A stretch of DNA of 33,627 nt, taken from a virus. Lineage: Duplodnaviria; Caudoviricetes. Location: positions 1-33,627 of IMG/VR virus record IMGVR_UViG_3300023314_000006; one strand, 5' to 3'. Position numbers and translations under genes: made by a program. A model generated the notes under the pieces. That model was not told the origin of the DNA. It searched no databases and worked only from the letters and a program-made list of their open reading frames with translations. Positions 16,703 to 24,071 of the stretch are shown here, one piece after another. Position 1 is the stretch's first letter; each line of letters begins with the position of its first letter.

Positions 16703-16975
16703 ATGAATGCGCAATTAGAGTTATCTAGCAAGCAACTAAAAGATATCGGATTTCAGGCGAAGGGAAGAGATAAACGCCGCTGGTACAAAATAGACGTATC
16801 GGAAGATTGCATTATCTACTACAACAAGCATAGTTATTTATCCGACTACAAATGGTATCTGCGAACAGGATTAATGGGGGCGCATCACCACTCACACTTA
16901 GACATAAATACCGCACCGCAACTATTCGCGCTTTTGCAAATATTCAAAGTAAAATTCAACCTCATACTGATATGA
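16703..16975 (+). CDS. Hypothetical protein
   Basis: Start MNAQLEL with an A-rich leader. Confidence 0.6.
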   Translation: MNAQLELSSKQLKDIGFQAKGRDKRRWYKIDVSEDCIIYYNKHSYLSDYKWYLRTGLMGAHHHSHLDINTAPQLFALLQIFKVKFNLILI

Positions 16976-17481
16976 ACAAACTAACTAAAGAACAGATAGC
17001 GAGGGTATTCGCATTGTATATGGGATGCCACGTTAAGTTTACCACAAACAAAGGGCATACCCATATAGCTGCGATTGGTGCATTAGCGAGCGATGCCGTG
17101 CAGTCTGCCGACTATATAGATTGGTATTTGCTTGAACAATGCCAGCTCATCCTCACCCCTCTATCCTCGCTGACGGACGAACACGCTGTTGAGGTGGCGA
17201 AGTGGTGCGACAATGGATTTCGGGCAGCGAAAGATGTTGCAATTAAGAGATCCAAGGAAACCATATACCTAACAACTGGCCAATGTGACGATGTATCGTG
17301 TATTAGGATTTACAGGAATTTCTTTAAGGTTGAAAGAATACATGAGGATAATGAATGCAATAACATAACTAATACAACCTGTAATCGCATTATCGACCTA
17401 CTCCGATCATACAACTACGCTCTGCCGTATATGGGTATAGACCTCTACGAAGCAGGCATAGCAATTGAACCGATTAACTAA
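16972..17481 (+). CDS. Hypothetical Bacteroidota-phage protein
   Basis: Start MNKLT; QLILTPLSSLTDEHA...IDLLRS..YALPYMG. Confidence 0.7.
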   Translation: MNKLTKEQIARVFALYMGCHVKFTTNKGHTHIAAIGALASDAVQSADYIDWYLLEQCQLILTPLSSLTDEHAVEVAKWCDNGFRAAKDVAIKRSKETIYLTTGQCDDVSCIRIYRNFFKVERIHEDNECNNITNTTCNRIIDLLRSYNYALPYMGIDLYEAGIAIEPIN

Positions 17482-17520
17482 CCGTCCCGCCGATGAGGTG
17501 GGCCATAAAATGAAAGAAAT

Positions 17521-17760
17521 ATGGACAAAAAAGAGTTTTTATCAGAAGGGTCAGACTACCTGTTATCATTGACAAAAATAACAGGTAGTAAGATAAAGGA
17601 CATTACAGGCTATGTAAGCCATAAATATGGCGACCCTGTATTTAAAGCTATCTATTTGATTTTCGAAGATGGTACGACCGCAGATTTTGAAGGTGAACAC
17701 CTAAGTAACACGGATGCGAACAACTTAAATGATGAGTTCTTGTCTGGTATTTCTGACTAA
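17521..17760 (+). CDS. Hypothetical protein
   Basis: Last gene of the rightward arm, followed by a hairpin. Confidence 0.65.
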   Translation: MDKKEFLSEGSDYLLSLTKITGSKIKDITGYVSHKYGDPVFKAIYLIFEDGTTADFEGEHLSNTDANNLNDEFLSGISD

Positions 17761-17767
17761 AAAACAC

Positions 17768-17795
17768 ATAAGGCGTATCATCCGATACGCCTTAT
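17768..17795. terminator. Hairpin between convergent arms, likely bidirectional terminator
   Basis: ATAAGGCGTATC-ATCC-GATACGCCTTAT, perfect 12-bp stem. Confidence 0.75.
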
Positions 17796-17796
17796 T

Positions 17797-18282
17797 CTAT
17801 AGACCCCGCCGTAAGCCCACAGGGTGCAGGGTATGCTTAATAAATCCGAGCAGCCCCGCATCATGTATAGTCCTGCGTTTCAGCCGAACCACTGCGTACC
17901 CGTCACGTGACCCATCCGTATTGCTGTTACCTTCAATTGTTACCATCGTCCCTTTTGGTAGTACGCTCTCCACAAAACCCGTATGCCCCTTGCCGTGGCC
18001 GTGGTCATAGATGAACTGATAGCCTGGTAGAACGTTCTCCGGTGTTGCGTCCTTAGCGAGTAGCTTGTTCGGACTATTGCGCCAACATTCAAGACAGCCG
18101 CCGGTGCGATGCGACTTGACCCCACCCTCTTTGAGTACACGGTACACGAACGCCTGACACCATGCGGCGGGGAACGCTATCCCGACCGATGCGAGGCACG
18201 TCTGCACGAATGCGCCCCAATTGCTGCCCCGTGGTACTTCCTCTTTGCCGATGTATGATTGTGCGATTTGTAGGTGGTTCAT
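17797..18282 (-). CDS. CHAP-domain endolysin
   Basis: A.SYIG.EE.P.GSN, AWCQAFV (catalytic Cys), GHTGFVE (His), TIEGNSN. Confidence 0.9.
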   Translation of the reverse strand: MNHLQIAQSYIGKEEVPRGSNWGAFVQTCLASVGIAFPAAWCQAFVYRVLKEGGVKSHRTGGCLECWRNSPNKLLAKDATPENVLPGYQFIYDHGHGKGHTGFVESVLPKGTMVTIEGNSNTDGSRDGYAVVRLKRRTIHDAGLLGFIKHTLHPVGLRRGL

Positions 18283-18695
18283 GTGGTTGTTTTATTAGCC
18301 GCAGCAGCATAACCGCTGCCACCCGTAGGCGTTACTTTATACTCTGACTTATTGGCGTTGAATACTTTTTGGGTTACGGATAGGTAGTCAGAAGGGTCGC
18401 CGAGGCTTACACCGTCCATATGAGCGACAAGGTTTGAGGCGAACTGCATAGCAGTGTATTTGCGCTTGTCGGGGTCTGTTCCGGCCTGTTCAAATAGTGC
18501 TATGAATTTCTGTAGTAATGCCTCTATAGCGTACTTTAGCGCATCGTCCTGTTGCCCGGGTATGAGTATGTTCAACGCCGTTACAGGGGCTGACTGTAGT
18601 ATTTTCAGAGCAGATGTAGACACGGCTAATGCCTTACGTGCGAGCCTACGAAGGTCGCCGTGTATGATGCCGAATTTGAGTAGGAACTTCTTCAT
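18279..18695 (-). CDS. Hypothetical protein, possibly lysis-associated
   Basis: Start MKKFLLKF; ATGA-coupled to the endolysin. Confidence 0.7.
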   Translation of the reverse strand: MKKFLLKFGIIHGDLRRLARKALAVSTSALKILQSAPVTALNILIPGQQDDALKYAIEALLQKFIALFEQAGTDPDKRKYTAMQFASNLVAHMDGVSLGDPSDYLSVTQKVFNANKSEYKVTPTGGSGYAAAANKTTT

Positions 18696-18790
18696 TATCG
18701 TATAATTGAGTAGATGACCGCCATAGCGAAGCACCCGCATAAGAGTACCAGTACGGCGAATTTAGATGTGTTCGGTGGTGTGTGTTCCAT
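18695..18790 (-). CDS. 31-aa single-TM peptide
   Basis: MEHTPPNTSKFAVLVLLCGCFAMAVIYSIIR; TAATG-coupled to the next gene; follows TATCTTCG. Confidence 0.55.
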   Translation of the reverse strand: MEHTPPNTSKFAVLVLLCGCFAMAVIYSIIR

Positions 18791-18795
18791 TGTTG

Positions 18796-18803
18796 CGAAG
18801 ATA
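18796..18803 (-). promoter_or_regulatory. Putative -7 element for the endolysin transcription unit
   Basis: TATCTTCG directly after a terminator; no clear -33 element. Confidence 0.45.
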
Positions 18804-18805
18804 AT

Positions 18806-18839
18806 AAAAAAGCCCGTACATTTCTGTACAGGCTTTTTT
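18806..18839. terminator. Intrinsic terminator with bidirectional geometry
   Basis: AAAAAAGCCCGTACA-TTTC-TGTACAGGCTTTTTT. Confidence 0.85.
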
Positions 18840-18840
18840 A

Positions 18841-19122
18841 TCAATTCCAAGGCCGCTTAAATTCCGCGAACAATATCATCAATTCTTTCCTTCTCGGTGT
18901 CATTGGTATTGGTGGGGAATCCTTCATTTTAGGCATCCTACTTACATATTCAGCCCCGCACCTTGAACATGGCGGGACTTCCAAATCAATTGTTTCTTTG
19001 TTTAGCACGGCCTTGCTCCAATCATGCACATGCCCCTTAAATAGACAAAGTATGTGGTCTATTATGGTGGGGTATTTAGCTTTTCTAATGTATGTCGTAG
19101 TGTCTACTATCTCTCTTTTCAT
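18841..19122 (-). CDS. Hypothetical protein with a putative metal-binding motif
   Basis: ILCLFKGHVHDW...CSRCG. Confidence 0.6.
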   Translation of the reverse strand: MKREIVDTTTYIRKAKYPTIIDHILCLFKGHVHDWSKAVLNKETIDLEVPPCSRCGAEYVSRMPKMKDSPPIPMTPRRKELMILFAEFKRPWN

Positions 19123-19124
19123 AG

Positions 19125-19313
19125 CTAATTCATGTGAAATTCAGGCTCTCTTACATCAAGGCAATCGAAATTATTCATACCGTAAATTGCAAGCAGTTCG
19201 GCATCGGCTTTATCTCTCGCCTCTTCGCTATTAACCGCCCACACCGTAACGTCCCTGTATTGCATGTCAGGTAGGCCAATGTATGTTGCCACGTATGTTC
19301 TTGTTAGTCCCAT
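19125..19313 (-). CDS. Hypothetical protein
   Basis: VTVWAVNSEEARDKA. Confidence 0.6.
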   Translation of the reverse strand: MGLTRTYVATYIGLPDMQYRDVTVWAVNSEEARDKADAELLAIYGMNNFDCLDVREPEFHMN

Positions 19314-19361
19314 TATGCGGGAGTATTTTCGTCTATATCATACCCACCTATCGACGGAAGT

Positions 19362-19823
19362 TTAAGCCCCCCGCCCACCTATCGATGATAGGATGATGGT
19401 TATTTCTTTAGCAACCACCTCAATTGGCAGGCTTTCCATCGCTACCCTACTGAGTTTACGGGAAGCGTCTATTGTTTTTCCCGTATTTTTTTCCCACCAT
19501 ACACTTTCGGCATCATAGCACATAGTGATGTCTGCCCCATTTTTTGAAAGACAAATAGCCGCATTTATGCCCATGATCTGGTTGATACTCTCTATTTTAG
19601 ATATTACCCCAGTTTTCTTAACAGGAGATATTTCAAGCCCATAAGATAGTTGACTACCCGCTCTGTTTGCGTCAAAGTTAACAGAGCAAAAACCGCTACC
19701 GCCACCCATAGCATTGAAGAACTGCTCACATAGTTGGTCTCTTACATCATCGGAAGGAACAACATTAAATTTAATTACGGGATCATTTCCAGTCCCCAAT
19801 GCGACCTTTAAAGAGCTTTTCAT
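19362..19823 (-). CDS. Hypothetical protein (moron)
   Basis: 153-aa ORF with an A-rich leader and upstream TACCTTAG. Confidence 0.7.
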   Translation of the reverse strand: MKSSLKVALGTGNDPVIKFNVVPSDDVRDQLCEQFFNAMGGGSGFCSVNFDANRAGSQLSYGLEISPVKKTGVISKIESINQIMGINAAICLSKNGADITMCYDAESVWWEKNTGKTIDASRKLSRVAMESLPIEVVAKEITIILSSIGGRGA

Positions 19824-19901
19824 TTCTTATTTATTTATAGACTGCCGGAATTGGTCAAATCATATGGCTAAGGTAGTAAGTAATTCTTACAAACTGAAAT
19901 T

Positions 19902-20063
19902 TTCGTACCTTTACTCACTCATAACTCTGTGTTGTCTTCCATCCCCTTAAACCTGCTGCGGCTAACAGCAGGTTTTTTCGTACCTTCACCCCATCAGCCT
20001 TGCATGCCTCTCGATGAAGCACACTTGCGGGGCTTTTTTATTTGCGGATTGTTCGTATATTTG
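19902..20063 (+). promoter_or_regulatory. Three -7-like elements at 75-bp spacing with two intervening hairpin/T-tract units
   Basis: TTCGTACCTTTA (19902), TTCGTACCTTCA (19977), TTCGTATATTTG (20052). Confidence 0.55.
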
Positions 20064-20096
20064 TAGCCCGCAGGGTAGCGGTAAAAACTTCGAACG

Positions 20097-20333
20097 ATGG
20101 AATTTGCAAAGTTATTTAAGGTGTCAGATATACACCAGTTACTATATACGTTAGACATAGACGATATAGAAGAAACATATGCAGTTACGGTAAGGTGTGA
20201 TAACGACGGTATAAAAGTAGAGGCCACGATTACCGGGAAAACAAAGGAGAGTGCTACAGCTTTGTTTGAAGGAACAGGGCAAGAACAGGCCGATAAAATG
20301 TATTCTTCATTATTGCAACAATTCGTTTCGTAG
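20097..20333 (+). CDS. Hypothetical protein (moron, opposite strand)
   Basis: MEFAKLF...QLL; own TATATTTG element and terminator. Confidence 0.7.
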   Translation: MEFAKLFKVSDIHQLLYTLDIDDIEETYAVTVRCDNDGIKVEATITGKTKESATALFEGTGQEQADKMYSSLLQQFVS

Positions 20334-20356
20334 TTTGTCGAAGTTCTACGACAACA

Positions 20357-20389
20357 AAAGCCCGCCAGTCTAACTGTGCGGGCTTTCTT
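20357..20389. terminator. Intrinsic terminator
   Basis: AAAGCCCGC...GCGGGCTTT between convergent genes. Confidence 0.75.
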
Positions 20390-20460
20390 GTGCATGTTCA
20401 AATTACATACAATAATATCAATTAAAAAGTTACACTTAAAGCCTGTTAAAAATTGGTTAA

Positions 20461-20778
20461 CTACTTACATTCCTCGTTCAATACATTCGCCTTTGTTTCC
20501 TTGCTCATCAGGTCAGGGTCGGTAGTTGTTGATGCAGCACCTAACCCCAATGCCGAGAACGCCGCACCCGCTACGACACATACGCTGTTGATGTTAGCCC
20601 ATACAGGCTGCGTGGCGGGCAGAACGTCACACTGATATACTACGATGTAGCCTGCCATAAACGCCGCTACAATACCGCATATACGGGCTACAATAGCGTA
20701 GCCTTTCGGCGACCGGCTACGGAACCGGGCAATTATCATTTGCAGGGTCGATAGCTGCGTGGGGTTGAGTTGTTTCAT
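20461..20778 (-). CDS. Putative holin (two TM segments)
   Basis: Start MKQLNP; RFRSRSPKGY then two hydrophobic segments. Confidence 0.65.
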   Translation of the reverse strand: MKQLNPTQLSTLQMIIARFRSRSPKGYAIVARICGIVAAFMAGYIVVYQCDVLPATQPVWANINSVCVVAGAAFSALGLGAASTTTDPDLMSKETKANVLNEECK

Positions 20779-20782
20779 ATAC

Positions 20783-21112
20783 CTACTTATTTTTAGTGAA
20801 CACCCCGTAAATACTATCCAATACCGGCTTCCAGTTGAGCGTAGCAATGTACATCAGTATCTTATCGCTGCATAGCGTGGCTATAGGCACTATATATGGG
20901 GCATACGGCTTGTAATGATACTCACACCACATGGATGCGAGAAAACCGATAAAGCAAGCGACACCCGTAGCACCTATTATGTACCAGATGGAAATCTTTT
21001 TCCTCTTCACGATATCAAAGCTGAATTTCCCCATAACTCCTATCATTACATAGAAAATATAAGACCACCACTTAGTCAGGAATGTTAATGTTTCTTCTTT
21101 AATATCGTGCAT
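20783..21112 (-). CDS. Putative holin / membrane protein
   Basis: Two to three hydrophobic segments with a KRKK loop; an alternative start lies at 21127. Confidence 0.6.
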   Translation of the reverse strand: MHDIKEETLTFLTKWWSYIFYVMIGVMGKFSFDIVKRKKISIWYIIGATGVACFIGFLASMWCEYHYKPYAPYIVPIATLCSDKILMYIATLNWKPVLDSIYGVFTKNK

Positions 21113-21423
21113 CTTCTGATGGTGCATATAGTTATCAATACTGCGAATGCCAATTCATTGAGTTGCAATCTTGTAGGGTCGAAAAACATCTCATCCAGCA
21201 AGTTACTAATTATCAGCCAAAGTGTAATTTCAAATGTTATCTTATTGCGGGGGAATAAATGGGCAAGTATCAGGAACAAAAACGATGCCGATTGCCCCGT
21301 ATAGTACCACCATCTACCCACATCAGAATACCTACCGCCATCCATTAATGAACCCGTGCCGATATCTATGATACGCGGCACGGTATTCAGTAAAATTGAT
21401 AGCAGGCATAATATGCTATACAT
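21085..21423 (-). CDS. Multi-pass membrane protein
   Basis: About four hydrophobic segments; SNLLDEMFFDP. Confidence 0.7.
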   Translation of the reverse strand: MYSILCLLSILLNTVPRIIDIGTGSLMDGGRYSDVGRWWYYTGQSASFLFLILAHLFPRNKITFEITLWLIISNLLDEMFFDPTRLQLNELAFAVLITICTIRRCTILKKKH

Positions 21424-21695
21424 TATCTGTCGTTGGGTCTGCCGCCCACGAAATCAACCGCCTTAACGGTATATACGGCCGACTGCGCCCCGCTTATGGT
21501 TAACGTCTGGTCAGTGAACGTTGGCAGGTTCGTACATAGGTATAAATTGCCCCTTTTGCTTTTCTCTATCCAGTAGTCACCGGAATTATTACAGGCGAAT
21601 GTAGAGGCCAATACGGGTGTCCCTAATGCGTTGCCGTTGACGTGGGTTATCGTGTCGTTGGCAATGTCCCTGATGTTGAATGATACTTTGTCCAT
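21423..21695 (-). CDS. Hypothetical protein
   Basis: 90 aa ending FVGGRPNDR; TAATG-coupled. Confidence 0.65.
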   Translation of the reverse strand: MDKVSFNIRDIANDTITHVNGNALGTPVLASTFACNNSGDYWIEKSKRGNLYLCTNLPTFTDQTLTISGAQSAVYTVKAVDFVGGRPNDR

Positions 21696-21706
21696 GATGT
21701 GTGTTT

Positions 21707-22354
21707 TTATTGTTCTGTTGCTGTTACGTTTACTGCTTGTGATGCTACGTTGCTATATGTTGGGAGTAACCCTATTACATCTGACCTCAACTGCACATAC
21801 ACTGAAAATCCTGTAGTGGTGCTACTCGTTAGTAGTATCGTCATTTTGTTTGACCCGCCAACGATATTGTATTGCACGTTTGGAGTAGCGGCAAATGCAG
21901 TGCTATAAGTTACGCTGTACACCCCGCTTGCATTAGTGCTGCCGGCGTATCTGTCTATCCGCGGTATAGCAGGGAACGTAGCGTATGTGCCGTTACCCCT
22001 TATGTATTGGCCGGACGTGCCGGAAGGGGCAAGATATGCGCTGTTGTCATAGCTTACAGTAGTACCTGCCATACGCACAAGTCCGGTGCCGCTAAGTGCG
22101 GCCTGCCGTGTGGCTATCTGATTAGCTATATACCTCTTAGCGGCATTGCCCGTGATGAGGTTAAGCGTTGACCAATCAGCAGCCGTAGTGTCTGTGCTGA
22201 ATGCAGTAATGATATTAGCCCCTATTTTCAGGCCGTCCCCCATATACATGGAGCTTACCTGCGCCGTGGCGGGATGGGTGTTCCTGCCTATCAGCAGATA
22301 CATTGACATAGCGGATAGTAGTAGCGTAATGATGCCTATGATGTTGTTTCTCAT
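21707..22354 (-). CDS. Fibre-like protein with an N-terminal signal or anchor
   Basis: Hydrophobic N-terminus then ATA-Q; GTSGQYIRGNGTYATFP fibre motif; C-terminal VTYSTAFAATPNV...TTTGF like fibre-tip domains. Confidence 0.7.
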   Translation of the reverse strand: MRNNIIGIITLLLSAMSMYLLIGRNTHPATAQVSSMYMGDGLKIGANIITAFSTDTTAADWSTLNLITGNAAKRYIANQIATRQAALSGTGLVRMAGTTVSYDNSAYLAPSGTSGQYIRGNGTYATFPAIPRIDRYAGSTNASGVYSVTYSTAFAATPNVQYNIVGGSNKMTILLTSSTTTGFSVYVQLRSDVIGLLPTYSNVASQAVNVTATEQ

Positions 22355-22953
22355 TGTGTGGTAAAGTATATGGTTGTGGTTGAAGTGATACCAGTGAAAT
22401 AAAAGGTAGTAGCCGTAGCATATCGCCTGTTGACATAGAAATTAACAAGCCCCGAACCGCCAACCAGCGGCCATGCATTTAGTATAGCCGTGCCGGCCGG
22501 AACAATGTCTACGCTTATATTCTCATTGCTGACACTGGAAATGTCAAAGGATAGCATCTTATGGCCTGCTGGCAATACGTATGTAGTGTTACCAGTTACT
22601 ACCTTTTTTTCTAAGAAAGAAAACTCTCCATTGCGCATAGCTATGTATGGCTTTTGCAACGTGTATATATTCTGAACAGTTCCCTGAAAGAACCGTTCCG
22701 GCCATATGCACACGGTATCAGGCAGCCAACCAACAGCCGTAATATATCCAAAATCTGTAGGGAATTGCGGTATTGAGTTAGGGTCAACCCAAAAAATATT
22801 GTTGGTATCTACATTACAGTAGAACGTATTGATGCCCACCGTCTTATTTTGCATCCTTAGCGCAAAACTATCTGGGATAGAGATAAGCGGGCTGCATTGT
22901 CCATAAGCCCCAGCCGATACGGCTAATAGTAGTATTAGTAATAGTGTTTTCAT
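22351..22953 (-). CDS. Signal-peptide-bearing hypothetical late protein
   Basis: MKTLLLILLLAVSAGAYG-Q; beta-rich. Confidence 0.7.
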   Translation of the reverse strand: MKTLLLILLLAVSAGAYGQCSPLISIPDSFALRMQNKTVGINTFYCNVDTNNIFWVDPNSIPQFPTDFGYITAVGWLPDTVCIWPERFFQGTVQNIYTLQKPYIAMRNGEFSFLEKKVVTGNTTYVLPAGHKMLSFDISSVSNENISVDIVPAGTAILNAWPLVGGSGLVNFYVNRRYATATTFYFTGITSTTTIYFTTQ

Positions 22954-23774
22954 TTTACTGCGATTTCGTCTTTTAAAAGGTTACTTATTGCCAATGCCTG
23001 CGCCGCCGATACAGTTAGCCCGATGGTATAGCCGTATATGCTCCTGTTGCTCTTGTTGCCCAAGAACCCTGTAGCCGTGCCGCCTATATTGATATTGCCA
23101 ACAGGCAATCCCGTAGTAGTATTAGAGAACGGATTGACACTATACGCTGCGCCGCCTTTGTATATGCTTATCTGAGTGCTGTTGTTTCTTGTGATGGTGA
23201 ACACGTCAGCAGTGCCTGTAGACACCTGCGATGTGCTGGTAGATGGGTTAGTCCCAAGAGATGCGAAGAAGTTGCCGCCCGTATAGTTCAGGCGCATCAC
23301 ATCAGCAAGTGAGGTCGTGCCGGTGAAGAACTCCCCGCAAGCACATGCGCCACTACTGGTCAATGTCGAATAAGTGTAGTGTATGCTGTTCTGCGGCATA
23401 GATGATCGTACCACATCCGACACCATGAATTGTGTTGAGCCGTTCAATGCTATGTTCCCATCATTTTGAACAGGCGCACCGCTGAATGTAGACGTGCCAA
23501 GCGTGACGTAATCAATGGCGTGTGCAGTACCTGTATTCCCAATAACAGGATTATGCGCCAGTACCGTACCTGTCAGGTCAACGAACTGTTTGCCGCCTAC
23601 CGATCCATTCAGGCTGAACCGTGTTGCTATAGTGCGCAACATGAGTATATCCTTAGCCCGCAGCGTTACCCCTGCCGACTGCAACGTACGGGCATAGGCG
23701 ATGCTCTGCGGGCTGTCGTAGGTCTGCGCCGTAGCGGTCAGAGCGGTTAGGAGTATGAGTAGTATAGTGCGCAT
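22950..23774 (-). CDS. Signal-peptide-bearing beta-sandwich (lectin/LamG-like) late protein
   Basis: MRTILLILLTALTATA-Q; LNGSTQF, ITRNNSTQISIYKGG, INIGG, IG.T.S pattern. Confidence 0.65.
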   Translation of the reverse strand: MRTILLILLTALTATAQTYDSPQSIAYARTLQSAGVTLRAKDILMLRTIATRFSLNGSVGGKQFVDLTGTVLAHNPVIGNTGTAHAIDYVTLGTSTFSGAPVQNDGNIALNGSTQFMVSDVVRSSMPQNSIHYTYSTLTSSGACACGEFFTGTTSLADVMRLNYTGGNFFASLGTNPSTSTSQVSTGTADVFTITRNNSTQISIYKGGAAYSVNPFSNTTTGLPVGNINIGGTATGFLGNKSNRSIYGYTIGLTVSAAQALAISNLLKDEIAVK

Positions 23775-24061
23775 CAGTTAACAGCTTCGTATGTTGCCTC
23801 GAAAATATCGGGCTTGCATGGGTAAAATTCACCCTTCACGCCTTTGATAATGTAGTCCCCTATAGATGCTATATGCTCGCCCTCTAACGTTTTGATTATA
23901 AGCCCGCCAACTACTTTTGCATGGTCTATTTCAAAATTTTCTCCTTTTGATTTAAGATAATCATTAGGGTTACCTAATAGAAAATCGTTCATTTCTCGGT
24001 GATTTTCTCCCGTCCAAAGAACCGCCTCAATAACTACTGGTTTTTTTCTGTACTGCTTCAT
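23774..24061 (-). CDS. Conserved small phage protein
   Basis: YRKKPVVIEA..WTG.N...IKTLEG..IASIGDYIIKGVKGEFYPCKPDIFE.TYE. Confidence 0.9.
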   Translation of the reverse strand: MKQYRKKPVVIEAVLWTGENHREMNDFLLGNPNDYLKSKGENFEIDHAKVVGGLIIKTLEGEHIASIGDYIIKGVKGEFYPCKPDIFEATYEAVN

Positions 24062-24071
24062 ATTATTTGTT

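Noticed and set aside
17482-17520. CCGATGAG...GAAA as a hammerhead ribozyme core
   Set aside because: The core is not CTGATGA and stems I-III cannot be formed
19902-20063. 75-bp periodic motif as a mini-CRISPR array
   Set aside because: The shared part is only about 10 bp and matches a promoter -7 element; the intervening DNA forms terminator-like hairpins; no cas genes
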